Both the position numbers and the translations under genes were made by a program. The notes beneath the pieces were generated by a model. It was not told the origin of the DNA, did no database searches, and worked only from the letters and a program-made list of their open reading frames with translations. Below are positions 1 to 12,243 of a DNA stretch of 64,000 nt, piece after piece. The DNA is from an uncultured Acidobacteriota bacterium (GTDB lineage: Bacteria > Acidobacteriota > UBA6911): NCBI GenBank assembly GCA_963843575.1, contig CAWJKZ010000019.1:320001-384000 (forward strand), in the 5' to 3' direction. Numbering within the stretch: position 1 is the first letter of the stretch; each line of letters opens with the position of its first letter.

Positions 1-54
1 AACAGATCATGCGAAATCAAATTGCTTCTTATCTTTGGATCTCTTATCCCTGCA

Positions 55-912
55 ATGAAGAAGTATCATAACATTTATTTGCCCGTTAGCCGGTTCTTTG
101 CTTTCATAGTCAGTGTGTTGCAGGCTTTCAGACGCAATCAGGGTCTCTTGCTGGCCGGCGCTATCGCTTATTATACCCTGCTGTCAATTGTGCCCTCGTC
201 GATCCTCGCCCTCATTGTGCTTTCACATTATATCGATGAGAGCCTGTTATTTCATACCCTGGCGACATATATAGAAATGATGATACCGGGCTATGCAACT
301 ACATTGACTGAGCAAGTGCGGGTATTTCTTGAACACGGCAACTCGGTCGGGAGTGTTGTATTTCTCGCTATGCTTTTTTTTAGTTCCATTGCCTTTACCG
401 TGCTCGAAAGCGCCATGGCAGTGATCTTTTTTCATCGTGTCAGAACTCAACGCCGTCACTTTCTCCTGTCCGCAATTATTCCTTACGTGTATATGTTTTT
501 AATCGGCGTCGGTATCCTGCTGGTGTCGTTTATTGCGGGTGCCATAGAAACACATAGCGGGGGGCAGTTAGTCGTATTTCGATGGGTTCTCAGCCTTGAG
601 GGCCCTTCCATTGCTGCACTGTATGTAATCGGGATACTCGGTGAGGTGTTGTTGCTGACTTCCTTCTACCTGGTCATGCCCGTTGTGCGCATCACGTTCC
701 GGCACGCTCTGATGGGAGGGACGATCGCGACGGCATTATGGGAGATCACCCGCCGTGTGCTGGTCTGGTATTACTCGGTCCTCTCTTCGGTCAATTTGAT
801 CTACGGTTCGTTTGCCACGTCAGTGGTGGCCCTGCTCAGCATAGAGGCGATAGCCGTTATTGTTTTGCTGGGGGCCCAAGTCATTGCAGAGCTTGAGCGC
901 AGAAAAGCCTAA
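55..912 (+). CDS. YihY/virulence factor BrkB family inner-membrane protein
   Basis: Multi-TM ORF with LAGAIAYYTLLSIVP and C-terminal YGSFATSVVALL...LLGAQV, typical of YihY; ATG at 55 preferred over TTG at 22. Confidence 0.85.
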   Translation: MKKYHNIYLPVSRFFAFIVSVLQAFRRNQGLLLAGAIAYYTLLSIVPSSILALIVLSHYIDESLLFHTLATYIEMMIPGYATTLTEQVRVFLEHGNSVGSVVFLAMLFFSSIAFTVLESAMAVIFFHRVRTQRRHFLLSAIIPYVYMFLIGVGILLVSFIAGAIETHSGGQLVVFRWVLSLEGPSIAALYVIGILGEVLLLTSFYLVMPVVRITFRHALMGGTIATALWEITRRVLVWYYSVLSSVNLIYGSFATSVVALLSIEAIAVIVLLGAQVIAELERRKA

Positions 913-1312
913 GGTCATCATTTGCGGGCGTATGGTGACGATTCTCAGCCAACCCGCAAGTTCGCCATAGTTGGTCGGTTAGAGTCGGAAACGACCCTCT
1001 ATTTCGCCACAACCGCGGCCGCGCGGGAGTGCAACCGCGCGCCAGGTTTCAAGGCGACGCACTGCCGTTTGCGGGCGAAATGTGTCTGCAGCACTGCCGC
1101 ACTGTTCCGGGAACGTCAACAAAGTCCGATCAGCATCTCCGTGCCTCGCGGGAGGATCTCGTAGGAGGGTGACCATCGGTTCTCAGCTAGTTACCGATGA
1201 CGACAGCAACACCCATATCGACCGGTCAGGTGCTGCTGGAACCGCTTATAGGCGTAGAGGCCGCGGGCCGAGTCGCCCACGAAGACGGAAAGCGCGGTTT
1301 CCGGGACTGCGG

Positions 1313-1377
1313 TGAGCAGTTCTGAACATAGCGTTGAGCAATATTGAACTGTGGAATAAATTGTAATCCTATATCGT
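1313..1377 (+). promoter_or_regulatory. Tandem-box promoter, site A (DUF883 operon)
   Basis: TGAGCAGTTCTGAAC (1313) and TGAGCAATATTGAAC (1335), 22 bp apart; TATCGT 22 nt after box 2. Confidence 0.75.
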
Positions 1378-1436
1378 GTTTCCGTGCTTTGGAATCTGGA
1401 AAATTCTATCTTTCGATCTGCAGAAATGGAGCGACT

Positions 1437-1724
1437 ATGGATACTCTAGGTGAAAAGGATAGTGAGCGGTTCGGCAAGCGTGCGGCAGGCAGCATTGGCA
1501 GCGCTGTTGATTTAGCAGGCCAGAAGTTGGATGCTGCGGTTGATTACGTAGAGAGTGCGAAGCAAAACGTCCAGCACACTCTGGATAGAGTGCGCCAAGA
1601 CGGGTGGAAGGGAGCCCAAACAAGGTTGATGGAATATACCCGTCGTGAACCTGCTACTGCTTTGCTGATCGCAATCGGCACCGGTGTGATTGTAGGGTGG
1701 TTAACGAAAAAGACCCGAGGGTAG
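1437..1724 (+). CDS. DUF883/ElaB/YqjD-like tail-anchored stress protein
   Basis: Helical N-terminus and C-terminal YTRREPATALLIAIGTGVIVGWL anchor; GGAG upstream of ATG 1437. Confidence 0.75.
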   Translation: MDTLGEKDSERFGKRAAGSIGSAVDLAGQKLDAAVDYVESAKQNVQHTLDRVRQDGWKGAQTRLMEYTRREPATALLIAIGTGVIVGWLTKKTRG

Positions 1725-1728
1725 GTAG

Positions 1729-2160
1729 ATGAGCGCAGGTGCTGAGGTAAATCCCCCTCATGCCGAATCGTCACGTTCCCAACTCCCGTCCCTTTTTAAC
1801 AGATTTGGCGATCAATTACTTAGGCTGTTCGACACCCACCTTGCCCTCTTCAAAGCTGAGTTCAAGGGAGCCGTTAAGATTTATGCAAAGCACCTCATCT
1901 TAACGATTTCTGCCGCGCTGGTTGCGATGGTGGGATTCTTTTTCCTGAGTGTGGGGCTTGTACTCTGGGTCGATGCACACATTAACAATGTGGGCATTTC
2001 ATTCGGTTGCGTGGGAGGGGCTTACCTGACGATCGGTGTCCTAACAGCCCTGGCGGCAGCAAGGAGAGTAACCAATCAGGCTCCCGTCTTTAATCAGACG
2101 CTGGAAGAACTGGAGAGCGACCAACAATGGATAAAGACAGAGACTCAAGCGGCCAGGTAA
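1729..2160 (+). CDS. Holin-like (YhjD/DUF1469-type) membrane protein
   Basis: LFDTHLALFKAEF, two TM helices, C-terminal QTLEELESDQQWIK; sits between DUF883 and DUF3618 genes. Confidence 0.75.
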   Translation: MSAGAEVNPPHAESSRSQLPSLFNRFGDQLLRLFDTHLALFKAEFKGAVKIYAKHLILTISAALVAMVGFFFLSVGLVLWVDAHINNVGISFGCVGGAYLTIGVLTALAAARRVTNQAPVFNQTLEELESDQQWIKTETQAAR

Positions 2161-2546
2161 ACTCAAAGCAAGAACTGCAGCGGGAGTTGGAGAGAACACG
2201 GCAGTCCATGTCGGATACACTGGGTGAAATCGAAGGGGAAATCTCTGACGCCTTTGACTGGCGAACTTATGTCAGAAGGCACCCGGGAGCTTTTTTGATC
2301 GGAGGCGGAGCACTTGGTTTCATCATCGGCCGTACCATCACAGGATCCGGATACCCTGCGAACGTAAGGAGCGGTCATCATCAGGGCGGCGCCTTTGAAG
2401 GGACCATGGATCAATCGCCTAAGCTCCTTTCCGAAGATTCGAGCATCCGTAGGGTTATTGACATGACCGCCTCGGCGCTGCTTGCACAGTTGGTCCCGAT
2501 TGTGTCTTCCAAGTTGAGAAACCTTCTTGGGATTCACCCCGGTTGA
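2127..2546 (+). CDS. DUF3618-domain protein
   Basis: ELQRELERTRQSMSDTLGEI and DWRTYVRRHPGAFLIGGGALGF motifs; overlaps previous gene. Confidence 0.7.
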   Translation: MDKDRDSSGQVNSKQELQRELERTRQSMSDTLGEIEGEISDAFDWRTYVRRHPGAFLIGGGALGFIIGRTITGSGYPANVRSGHHQGGAFEGTMDQSPKLLSEDSSIRRVIDMTASALLAQLVPIVSSKLRNLLGIHPG

Positions 2547-2582
2547 GCTTCGAGGTGGCGAATCGATTCAGGACGCAGAACA

Positions 2583-2726
2583 ACACGGGCGCGAATGAAA
2601 AACAAAAGCCAAAACAGAACGCAGATCCCGCGGATCCAACGGATTCACGCGGATCGACCGCATCCTGTCGCCAGGTCGATCTGTTGGGATCCGCGCGCAT
2701 CCGCGTCCTGAACAAAATACGTTAGC
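2583..2726 (+). repeat. Palindromic MITE/REP-like element, family 1 (CGCGGAT ~9-nt units), copy 1
   Basis: CAAAAGCCAAAACAGAACGCAGAT...ATCCGCGCGCATCCGCGTCCTGAA; closely matches the reverse complement of 48576-48722 and the copies at 31099 and 60843. Confidence 0.8.
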
Positions 2727-2760
2727 TGTTGCAGGGCGCGGGTCCGAGGGTCGGCGCGCG

Positions 2761-2847
2761 CTATCTGCGCCAACGTGAGTATCCCCAACCGCCGCCACCG
2801 ATCAAAAACAACACGACAATAATGATGATCAAAGTTTCCGTTGACAT
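2761..2847 (-). CDS. 28-aa single-TM microprotein MSTETLIIIIVVLFLIGGGGWGYSRWRR
   Basis: Manual translation (below ORF-track cutoff); GGGAGAG RBS just upstream of ATG; downstream of promoter site B. Confidence 0.75.
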   Translation of the reverse strand: MSTETLIIIIVVLFLIGGGGWGYSRWRR

Positions 2848-2981
2848 GTCTCTCCCATCCTTGCGTAACTCATGATTGTTCATTAGCGTCTGTAAACCAT
2901 GCCGCGCAAACGGACTTCACCGTGACAGGACCCCGCTGGTGCGGTCATCTCGCTCCCGTCCGGCATCCGAGGCACGGCTCC

Positions 2982-3046
2982 TTTATACTCAGAAGGTTGT
3001 GGCGTGTCAGTTCAGTATGGCTCACACATATGGTCTATTTTGCTCA
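2982..3046 (-). promoter_or_regulatory. Tandem-box promoter, site B (microprotein; divergent from cgs)
   Basis: Minus strand TGAGCAAAATAGACC, then TGAGCCATACTGAAC 22 bp later, then CTGACA-N17-TATAAA. Confidence 0.8.
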
Positions 3047-3291
3047 TCGCATTTAGGGTTGTTGGAAAACCCCGGGCAAAGGCACCGGGCTCTTCTGTTC
3101 CGCCCCCCTCCGGGGCTCCGGGACGAAGTGAATGGATCGAGTTCTGTCCGGCTGTTACGGCCGCTAGCGACCGGTTTCCGCAAAACCGCAACGGTCAAGC
3201 GAGAATGGCCAGAGGAAGAACTGTCCAAAAGCGTCGTGTCCCGGTTGCGCTCCGGTTCGATAAGAGTTAGCTTTCAAATGAGGAGAACAGC

Positions 3292-6200
3292 TTGAAGGTG
3301 AGCGAGCCAGATCTTAGGCAACCTGCTGCATTATGTGGCAACCCTCCACGGAAAGGACCCGACGCAAGAATTACGGCGGCGACGAGCCACCGTTGCGATC
3401 GGAACTGTTCAGCAGCGACCAGATGGAGCAGCACGGCAAGGCCCTGGCGGGTTCGCATCAGGTGGGTTCGGGACACGCACCGGACCAACTCCTGACACGC
3501 CTGGCAGAGAATGAAGGGGTGCTCATCGAGGTTCGCAACCTGCTGCTGGAGCCGGTCGAGACGAAGCGCCAGATGACGCCGGCCGGAGAATGGCTGCTGG
3601 ACAACTTCTATCTGATCGAGGAGCAGATTCGCACGGCCAAGAGGCATCTGCCCAAGGGATACAGCCGGGAATTGCCGCGCCTGGTGAACGGCCCATCCGC
3701 CGGACTTCCGCGCGTGTACGACATCGCGCTGGAGACGATCTCGCACGGCGATGGACGGGTGGATTCGGAAAGTCTCAGCAGCTTCGTGGCAGCCTACCAG
3801 TCGGTCAGTGCCCTGAATCTGGGCGAATTGTGGGCAATCCCCATCATGCTCCGCCTGGCGTTGATCGAAAATCTCCGCCGCGTGGGAGCCCGACTGGGCG
3901 CCGGCAGAATCTATCGAAACCAGGCCGACCATTGGGCCGGCCGGATGACGGAGATCGCCGAGAAGGACCCGAAGAGTCTGATCCTCGTGACCGCGGATAT
4001 GGCGCGGTCCAGTCCGCCGATGGTGAGCTCGTTCGTCGCGGAGTTTGCGCGCCGTTTGCAGGGACAGAGCCCCGCGCTGGCATTGCCGCTTACCTGGATC
4101 GAGCAGCGACTCTCCGAGTCCGGCCTGACGATCGATCAGCTGGTTCAGTCGGAACACCAGCAACAGGCCGCCGACCAGGTCTCGCATCAGCAACAGCATC
4201 GGCAGCCTCCGATTTCTGGGAGCGATGGACTGGCGAGAGTTCGTCGAGACGCTGAGCGTTGTCGACCAGGTTCTTCGTGAGGATGCCGGCGGAGTCTACG
4301 GCAAGATGGATTTTGCCACCCGCGACCGCTACCGTCACGCCGTGGAGAAAATAGCGAAGAGCAGCCCTCTATCCGAAGATGCTGTGGCGCGCAAGGCCAT
4401 CCAGTTAGCCCGCGAAGGCGCAGCCAACAAAGGGAGTCTCGATCGAGAGGCCCATGTCGGATTCTACCTGATCGACAAGGGCGTGCCGCAGCTCGAACGA
4501 GCTGTGAAGGCGCGCCTGTCTATTGCGAGAAACTGTTCGGCGAATGAGCAGTCGGTTTCCTCTGCTCCTCTATCCAGGCACCATCACGCTGATCACAGCG
4601 ATACTGTCCGCGGGCTTGTTGGCGAAGGCGCATGCCGGCGGGTTGCATGGTTGGGCGCTCGCTCTGGTCGGAATCCTGACGCTTCTGTGCTCAAGTCATC
4701 TGGCGGTCGCGCTGGTGAATTGGCTGGTGACGCTGCTGGTGACGCCGCATCCGCTGCCGCGCATGGACTTCTCCGGAGGAATTCCGCCGGAATCCCGCAC
4801 CCTGGTCGTGATCCCGACGATGCTCACGAGTTCTCAGAATGTCGAGGATCTTGTCGAGGCGCTTGAAGTCCGCTTCCTGGCCAATCGGGATGAAAACCTG
4901 CACTTCGGCCTGCTGACCGATTTCCGAGACGCCCACGAGGAAACGATTCCGGAGGATGAGCCGCTGCTGCGGCTTGCCGAGAAGAGAATCAGGGAGCTGA
5001 ATGAAAAGTATGGAGGTGCGAAGATGCGACACCTTCTTTCTTTTTCATCGCCCGCGCCGATGGAATCCCCGGGAGCGGCGGTGGATGGGTTACGAGCGCA
5101 AGCGAGGAAAACTCGCGGAATTGAATTCTCTCTTGCGCGGCGGTTCGAGGGAGCGTTTCTCGACCGTGGTCGGTGAAACTGCAGTCTTATCAAACGTGAA
5201 GTACGTGATCACGCTCGACACGGATACGCAACTGCCGCGCGATTCGGCGCGGCAGTTTGTGGGAGCCATGGAGCACCCGCTGAATCGGGCGCGGTACTGC
5301 CACGACAAGCAGCGTGTCTGTGAGGGGTATGGCATTCTTCAGCCGCGTGTGGCCGTGAGCCTGCCGGGCACCAACCGGTCCAGGTATGCGCGGCTGTTTG
5401 GCAGCGAGCCGGGCATCGATCCTTACACGCGCGCAGTCTCCGATGTTTACCAGGACTTGTTCGGTGAAGGCTCGTTCATCGGCAAAGGCATTTATGATGT
5501 GGATGCATTTGAGCTGGCGCTCAACGGCCGCTTTCCCGAGAACCGCATCCTCAGCCACGACCTTCTCGAAGGGTGTTACGCGCGGGCGGGGCTGATGAGC
5601 GACGTGCAGTTGTATGAGGAATATCCATCCCGCTACAGCGCCGACGTGAGCCGCCGGCACCGCTGGATTCGCGGAGACTGGCAGATTGCCCGGTGGTTGC
5701 TGCCGCGCGTCCCCGGTCCAGGCGGGCGCCGTCAAAAGAACCCGCTCTCGGGATTGTCCCTGATGGAAGATCTTCGACAATCTGCGGCGCAGTCTCGTGC
5801 CTCGGCATTGACACTCCTGCTGCTCCTGGGCTGGATGTTCCTGTCACCTGTCTGGCTGTGGTCATTGTCGGTGACCGGCAATCATCCTGATTCCTTCCTT
5901 GATTGGATCCATTCTGGAGATCGCTCGAAAACCGGCTGATGTGCTGCTGAGTCAGCACATCGCAGGCTGCACTGCGATCGGCAGGCCGGCACCTGGCTCA
6001 GGCAGCGTTTATGCTCGTGTGCCTGCCCTACGAAGCATTCTTCAGCCTGGATGCGATCGTACGAACGGCGGTAAGGATGTTTGTCACACGCAGGCGACTC
6101 CTGGAATGGAGTCCGTCGACCGATCCCGACCGCAATACCCGCTCGAGCCTTTTCGCCTCTTGCCGCTCGATGTGGATCGCGCCCTTCTTGGCCACCGCGG

Positions 6201-9200
6201 CAGGAATCTATCTGGCGCTTTCGAGACCTGCCGCGCTAGCCACCTCCGTCCCCATACTGGGTCTCTGGTTTGCCTCTCCTGCCATCGCCTGGTGGATCAG
6301 CCGGCCGCTTGCGCGCCGGGAGGCGAGGCTGACGGCTGAACAGATCGTCTTTCTCCGCAAGCTCTCCCGAAAGATCTGGGCGTTCTTCGAGACTTTTGTC
6401 GGCCCGGAAGACCATTGGCTGCCGCCCGACAACTTTCAGGAGCATCCGGTTGAAGTCGTGGGACATCGCACGTCGCCGACCAATATGGGACTTGCACTGC
6501 TCGCAAATCTGTCCGCATACGACTTCGGCTATATCCCGGCCGGACAGCTCATCGTGCGCACGGGGAATGCATTCGATACGATGGAGGGCCTGGAGCGGTA
6601 CAGAGGCCACTTCTACAACTGGTACGACACACAGTCTTTGAAACCGCTGTTGCCGGCCTACGTTTCGTCGGTGGACAGCGGAAACCTCGCGGGCCTCCTG
6701 CTGACATTGCGGCCAGGTCTGCTCGAGCTTCCCGATCACAGGATCCTGGCGCCGCGCTTTTTTGACGGACTCGGCGACACGCTGAGAATCCTGGTGGACG
6801 CTGCGGGAGAAGCCGCTCCGGCGGCGCTGGCCCGACTGCAGAGGGATCTGGACGACGCATTGTCTTCCAGGCCGACAACGCTTGATGCGGCGCGGCAGTG
6901 TCTCGGCCGGCTGGCAAAATCCGCCGCGGCGGTGGAGCGCAGCCTCGAGGCTCGATCCCGGGAGCCAGGCACGTGGTGGGCGAATGCCCTTGCCCGGCAA
7001 TGCCAGGGAGCACTCGATGATCTGATGTTTCTGGCTCCTTGGACATCTCTGTCGCCCCCGAAGAACCCGGCCAGCGAGATCTCCGGTCTCGACGAGATTC
7101 CCACCCTGCGCGAACTGGCAGGATTTGAGGCGAAGCTGCTGCCGGCGATCGAGCGCCGGCTCCTGTCGGCGGGCAATCCAGAGGAGAAGCGCATGGCTCG
7201 GCGGAGCTTCGACCCTCCATCATTGAAGCAAGCCGACGCGCCCAAGAGAGGATTGCGTCCATTGAAAGGCTCGCACTGCGCTCGGTCGAACTCTCCCATA
7301 TGGAGTATGACTTCCTGTACGACAAGGCCCGTCATTTATTGGCGATCGGATACAACGTTTCCGCGCACCGGCGCGATTCGAGTTACTACGATCTGTTGGC
7401 TTCGGAAGCGAGATTGGCCAGTTTTGTAACGATAGCCCAGGGACAGCTGCCTCAGGAGAGCTGGTTTGCCCTGGGGCGTCTGCTCACTACCGCCGGCGGA
7501 GATCCGATCCTGCTTTCGTGGGGCGGATCGATGTTCGAGTATCTCATGCCACTGCTGGTAATGCCGACCTACGAGAACACGCTGCTCGACCAGACCTGCA
7601 AAGCGGCGGTGGACCGGCAGATTGAGTATGGGAGGACACGCGGGGTGCCCTGGGGCATTTCGGAATCCGGCTACAATGCGGTCGACGTCCATCTCAACTA
7701 TCAGTACCGGGCGTTTGGCGTACCCGGCCTGGGACTCAGACGAGGGCTGGCCGAGGATTTGGTCATTGCACCGTATGCGTCAGCATTGGCGCTGATGGTG
7801 GCGCCCGAGGAGGCGTGCCTCAATCTGCAGCGACTCGCCGCCGACGGCTTTGAAGGAAGATACGGCTTCTATGAAGCCATCGACTACACGCCGTCGCGTC
7901 AACCACGCGGTCAATCGAGTGCCGTGGTCCGGTCGTTCATGGCACACCACCAGGGCATGAGCTTGCTGGCACTGGCGTATCTGCTCCTGGACCGCCCGAT
8001 GCAGAAGCGATTCGAGTCGGATCCGTTGTTCCAGGCGACCATGCTGTTGCTCCAGGAGCGCATTCCAAAGGCGACGGCGTTCTTCTCGCAGGCTGCCGAG
8101 CTTTCCGACTTGCGTAGGATCTCCAACGGCACGGAAACGCCGATCCGCGTCTTCAGCAGCCCCGACACTCCGATACCGGAGGTGCAGTTGCTGTCAAATG
8201 GCAGATACCACGTGATGGTCACGAACGCGGGCGGAGGATACAGCCGCTGGAAGAATCTCGCGGTCACACGCTGGCGGGAAGACAGCACCTGCGACAACTG
8301 GGGCATGTTCTGCTACATCCGCGACGCAACCAGCGGGGATGTCTGGTCCACGGCATATCAGCCGACGCGCAAAGGATCGGAGAAGTACGAGGCGATTTTT
8401 TCGGAGGCGCGCGCGGAGTTCCGTCGCCGGGACCACGACATCGAGACACATACGGAGATCGCAGTCTCACCTGAGGATGACATCGAGCTGCGCCGGATTA
8501 CCGTTACCAACCGTTCCCGGACCCGCAGGGTGATCGAACTGACGAGCTATGCGGAAGTCGTTCTCGCGTCGCCTGCAGGCCGACGCACTGCATCCGGCGT
8601 TCAGCAATCTCTTTGTTCAGACCGAGATTATCAGCCGGCAGAGGGCGATCCTGTGCACCCGCCGGCCGCGCTCGCTCGACGAGCCGACGCCATGGATGTT
8701 TCACCTTCTCGCGCGTCCAGGGCGCGGACATTGGGGAGATATCCTATGAGACCGACCGCTTGCAGTTCATCGGCAGGGGAAACACCGTCGCCGACCCGCA
8801 AGCGATGCGCGGTTCTGCGGACGCTCTCCGGCAGCCAGGGATCCGTTCTCGATCCGATTGTCGCGATCCGATACCGGATCACACTCGATCCGGAAGAATC
8901 GGCGTCGGTGAATGTCGTCTCCGGCATCGGTGAAACCCGGGACGAGTGCCTGGGGCTGGTTGAGAAATACCAGGACCGGCGTCTGGCGGATCGTGTCTTT
9001 GAACTTGCCTGGACGCATGGCCAGGTGGTCCTGCGGCAGCTCAACGCCACGGAAGCCGACGCGCAACTCTATGGACGCCTGGCCAGCTCCATCCTCTACG
9101 CCAATTCCTCTCTGCGCGCCGACCCGAGCGTCCTCATAAAAAACCGCCGAGGGCAATCCGGTCTGTGGGGCTACTCCATTTCCGGCGATTTGCCGATCGT

Positions 9201-12009
9201 GCTGCTGCGGATTGGAGACCCGGCTAATATCGATCTCGTGCGCCAGCTCGTCCAGGCGCACGCGTACTGGCGCCTGAAAGGATTGTCGGTCGACCTGGTG
9301 ATCTGGAACGAAGATCATGCCGGCTACCGGCAACTGCTCCACGACCAGATCATGGGGCTGATCGCCGCAGGCATCGAAGCCAACGTGACAAATCGGCCGG
9401 GCGGCATTTTTGTCAGAGCCGCGGAGCAAATATCGAACGAGGATCGCATGTTGCTCGAGTCGGTCGCTCGCGCCATCATCACCGACAGTCGAGGATCGCT
9501 GGCAGACCAGATCAATCATCACCGCCCCGCGGAAGCACCACGTCCCGCGCCTTATGCCGAGGCGAACCAGCCATAGCGAGCCCCCGGCGGTGCCTGCGCT
9601 GCCTCGCCGCGATCTGATCTTTTTCAACGGGCTGGGCGGATTCACGCTCCGATGGACGCGAGTATGTAATCACGACCGCGCCCGGGCAGGTGACGCCGGC
9701 CCCGTGGGTCAATGTCCTGGCGAATCCGCTGTTCGGAACCGTAGTCTCGGAAAGCGGCTCTGCCTGCACCTGGAGCGAGAATGCCCACGAGTTCCGCCTC
9801 ACTCCCTGGAACAACGACCCCGTGAGCGATTCGAGCGGAGAGGCTTTTTACATCCGCGACGAAGAAAGGGGGCACTTCTGGTCCCCAACGCCGCTGCCGA
9901 GCCGCGGAGCGACGCCTTACGCCAGCCGGCACGGATTCGGGTACAGCGTCTTCGAGCACACCGAGCGCGGCATCCGCTCGGATCTTACGGTTTTCGTGGC
10001 CCTGGACGCGCCGATCAAGTTCACGGTGTTGAAGGTGCGAAACGAGTCCGGCCGATCCCGCCGGCTCTCTGCGACGGGATATGTGGAATGGGTGCTGGGA
10101 GACCTGCGGCCGAAATCGACCATGCACGTGGTCACCGAAGTCGACCCAGCAGCGGAGCGCTCTTCGCGCGGAATCCCTACAACACGGAGTTTGCGGATCG
10201 GGTTGCCTTTTTCGACGTGGACGATGCCATTCGAACCGTCAGTTGCGACCGGACGGAGTTCCTGGGGCGTAACGGCACGCTTCGGAGTCCGGCAGCCATG
10301 TTTCGGGTGCGGCTTTCCGGGAAAATGGGAGCCGCGCTGGACCCCTGTGCCGCGGTGCAGGTTCCATTCGAGCTTGCCAACGGCGAAGAGCGTGAGTTCA
10401 TCTTCAGGCTCGGAGCCGGGCGAGACGCCGAAGACGCCGGCAAGCTGGCAAATCGCTTCCGCGGAGCCGCCGCGGCGCATGGCGCGCTCGAAGCGGTGTG
10501 GCAGTACTGGAAACGCACGCTGGGCGCCGTGCATGTGGAAACCCCGGACGAGTCCCTCAATGTCCTGACCAACGGCTGGCTCCTGTACCAGACTCTCGCG
10601 TGTCGTCTCTGGGCGCGAAGCGCATTCTACCAGCCGGGTGGAGCCTTCGGTTTTCGCGATCAGTTGCAGGATGTAATGGCGCTCATCCACGCCGAGCCTC
10701 GCCTTGTGCGCGAGCACCTGCTCCGCGCCGCGGCACATCAGTTCCGGGACGGAGATGTCCAGCATTGGTGGCATCCCCCGTCGGACCGGGGCGTGCGCAC
10801 GCACTGTTCGGATGACTACCTCTGGCTGCCGTTGGCAACCTGCCGCTACGTTCTGAATACTGGAGATACCGGGGTGTTGGATGAATCTGTCCACTTCCTC
10901 GAAGGACGCCAGGTAAACGCCGACGAGGACTCGTATTACGATCTGCCCGGCCGGTCCGAGGAAGCGGACAGCCTGTACGGACACTGTGTGCGAGCGATCA
11001 AGCGGGGCCTCAGATTTGGCGAGCACGGCCTGCCGCTTATCGGCTCCGGCGATTGGAACGACGGCATGAACCTTGTCGGCGAACATGGCAAGGGCGAAAG
11101 CGTCTGGTTGGGATTCTTCCTCTATGAAGTGCTCATGCGCTTCACTGAAGTCGCCCGCAAGCGGGGCGACGCCTCCTTCGCCGATCGCTGCCGGAGCGAG
11201 GCGGCTCAAGTGCGCCGGAACATCGAGCAGAATGGCTGGGATGGCGCGTGGTACCGCCGCGCATACTTCGACGACGGCTCGCCGCTTGGCTCGGCGAGCA
11301 ACCCCGAGTGTCAGATCGATTCGGTTGCGCAAAGCTGGTCTGTCCTGTCCGGAGGAGGCGATGCCGAACGCTCGCGCATGGCGATGGAAGCGGTGGACAA
11401 GCGTCTGGTTCGCCGGGACCATGCGCTGATCCAACTCCTGGACCCGCCGTTCGACAAGTCGAATTTGAATCCCGGCTACATAAAAGGGTACGTCCCGGGC
11501 GTGAGAGAGAATGGCGGACAGTACACGCATGGGGCGATCTGGGCGTCGATGGCTTTCGCCGCCTTGGGCGACAGCCGGCGCGCTTGGGAACTATTTGGCA
11601 TCATCAATCCGGTGAACCACTCGAAATCTCCGGAGGGAATTGCCGACCTACAAGGTGGAACCGTATGTCGTCGCGGCCGACGTATACGCGCTCTCGCCGC
11701 ACACAGGCCGCGGTGGCTGGACCTGGTACACGGGCTCGGCCGGGTGGATGTACCGGCTGATCGTGGAATCACTCCTGGGGCTGCGGTTGGAAGTGGACAA
11801 GCTGCACCTTGCTCCGTGCCTTCCCGCGGATTGGAAGGAGTTCAAGGTCCATTACCGGTATCGGGAGACTGTCTATCACATCTCCGTCCTGCAAACGCGC
11901 GCGGTGAAGGGCCGGACAGACCGTGACCGTCGATGGCATCGAGCGAGACGACAATGTCATTCCCCTTGTCGATGACCGTCAGGAGCACTCGGTCGAGGTG
12001 AGAACATAG
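3292..12009 (+). CDS. cgs: Cyclic beta-1,2-glucan synthase (Cgs/NdvB/ChvB; GT84 plus GH94-like domains), split by many frameshifts
   Basis: Consecutive ORF pieces give [116 protein letters not shown] in the expected order; stop TAG 12007-12009; start approximate. Confidence 0.9.
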
Positions 12010-12101
12010 CCGCACCGTGCATGGCGCACGATGCTCCAGGCTGCGCTCGACTGCCCGCAGAGGTCATCGAGACTCACTAATCGGTTCACCGGCCTGTATC
12101 T

Positions 12102-12167
12102 CGAGATTCTTCGAGCCTTCCAGTCTCGGAGGTTACGCAAGCCTACCTCTAAAACCCGAAGGCTCAA
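12102..12167. repeat. Family 2 ~9-nt-periodic repeat (CCTCSAAG/CTCGAAG units), inverted pair
   Basis: Reverse complement AACCTCCGAGACTGGAAGGCTCGAAGAATCTCG resembles 41843-41878 and 61735-61808. Confidence 0.6.
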
Positions 12168-12243
12168 TACAGTCTGAACGGTCCGCAACATCATCGGTTC
12201 ATTGGTTGAGGTAGGAGTCTCGAAGCTCACCAGTAACGGGTCC

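Noticed and set aside
913-1312. 400-bp gap as ncRNA or gene remnant
   Set aside because: No recognisable RNA family, convincing ORF or repeat; left unexplained.
1729-2160. Holin-like gene as prophage evidence
   Set aside because: It is in the common DUF883/holin-like/DUF3618 triad; no phage structural, lysis or integrase genes nearby.
2543-2725. Short ORFs such as 2543..2725, 19689..19877, 48552..48869 and 60670..60960 sharing ADPADP/SARIRV peptides
   Set aside because: They are translations of the family 1 repeat, without RBS or consistent start.
3292-12009. Programmed frameshifting or multi-gene split of cgs
   Set aside because: Too many shifts, no consistent slippery sites, and similar indels occur in unrelated genes.
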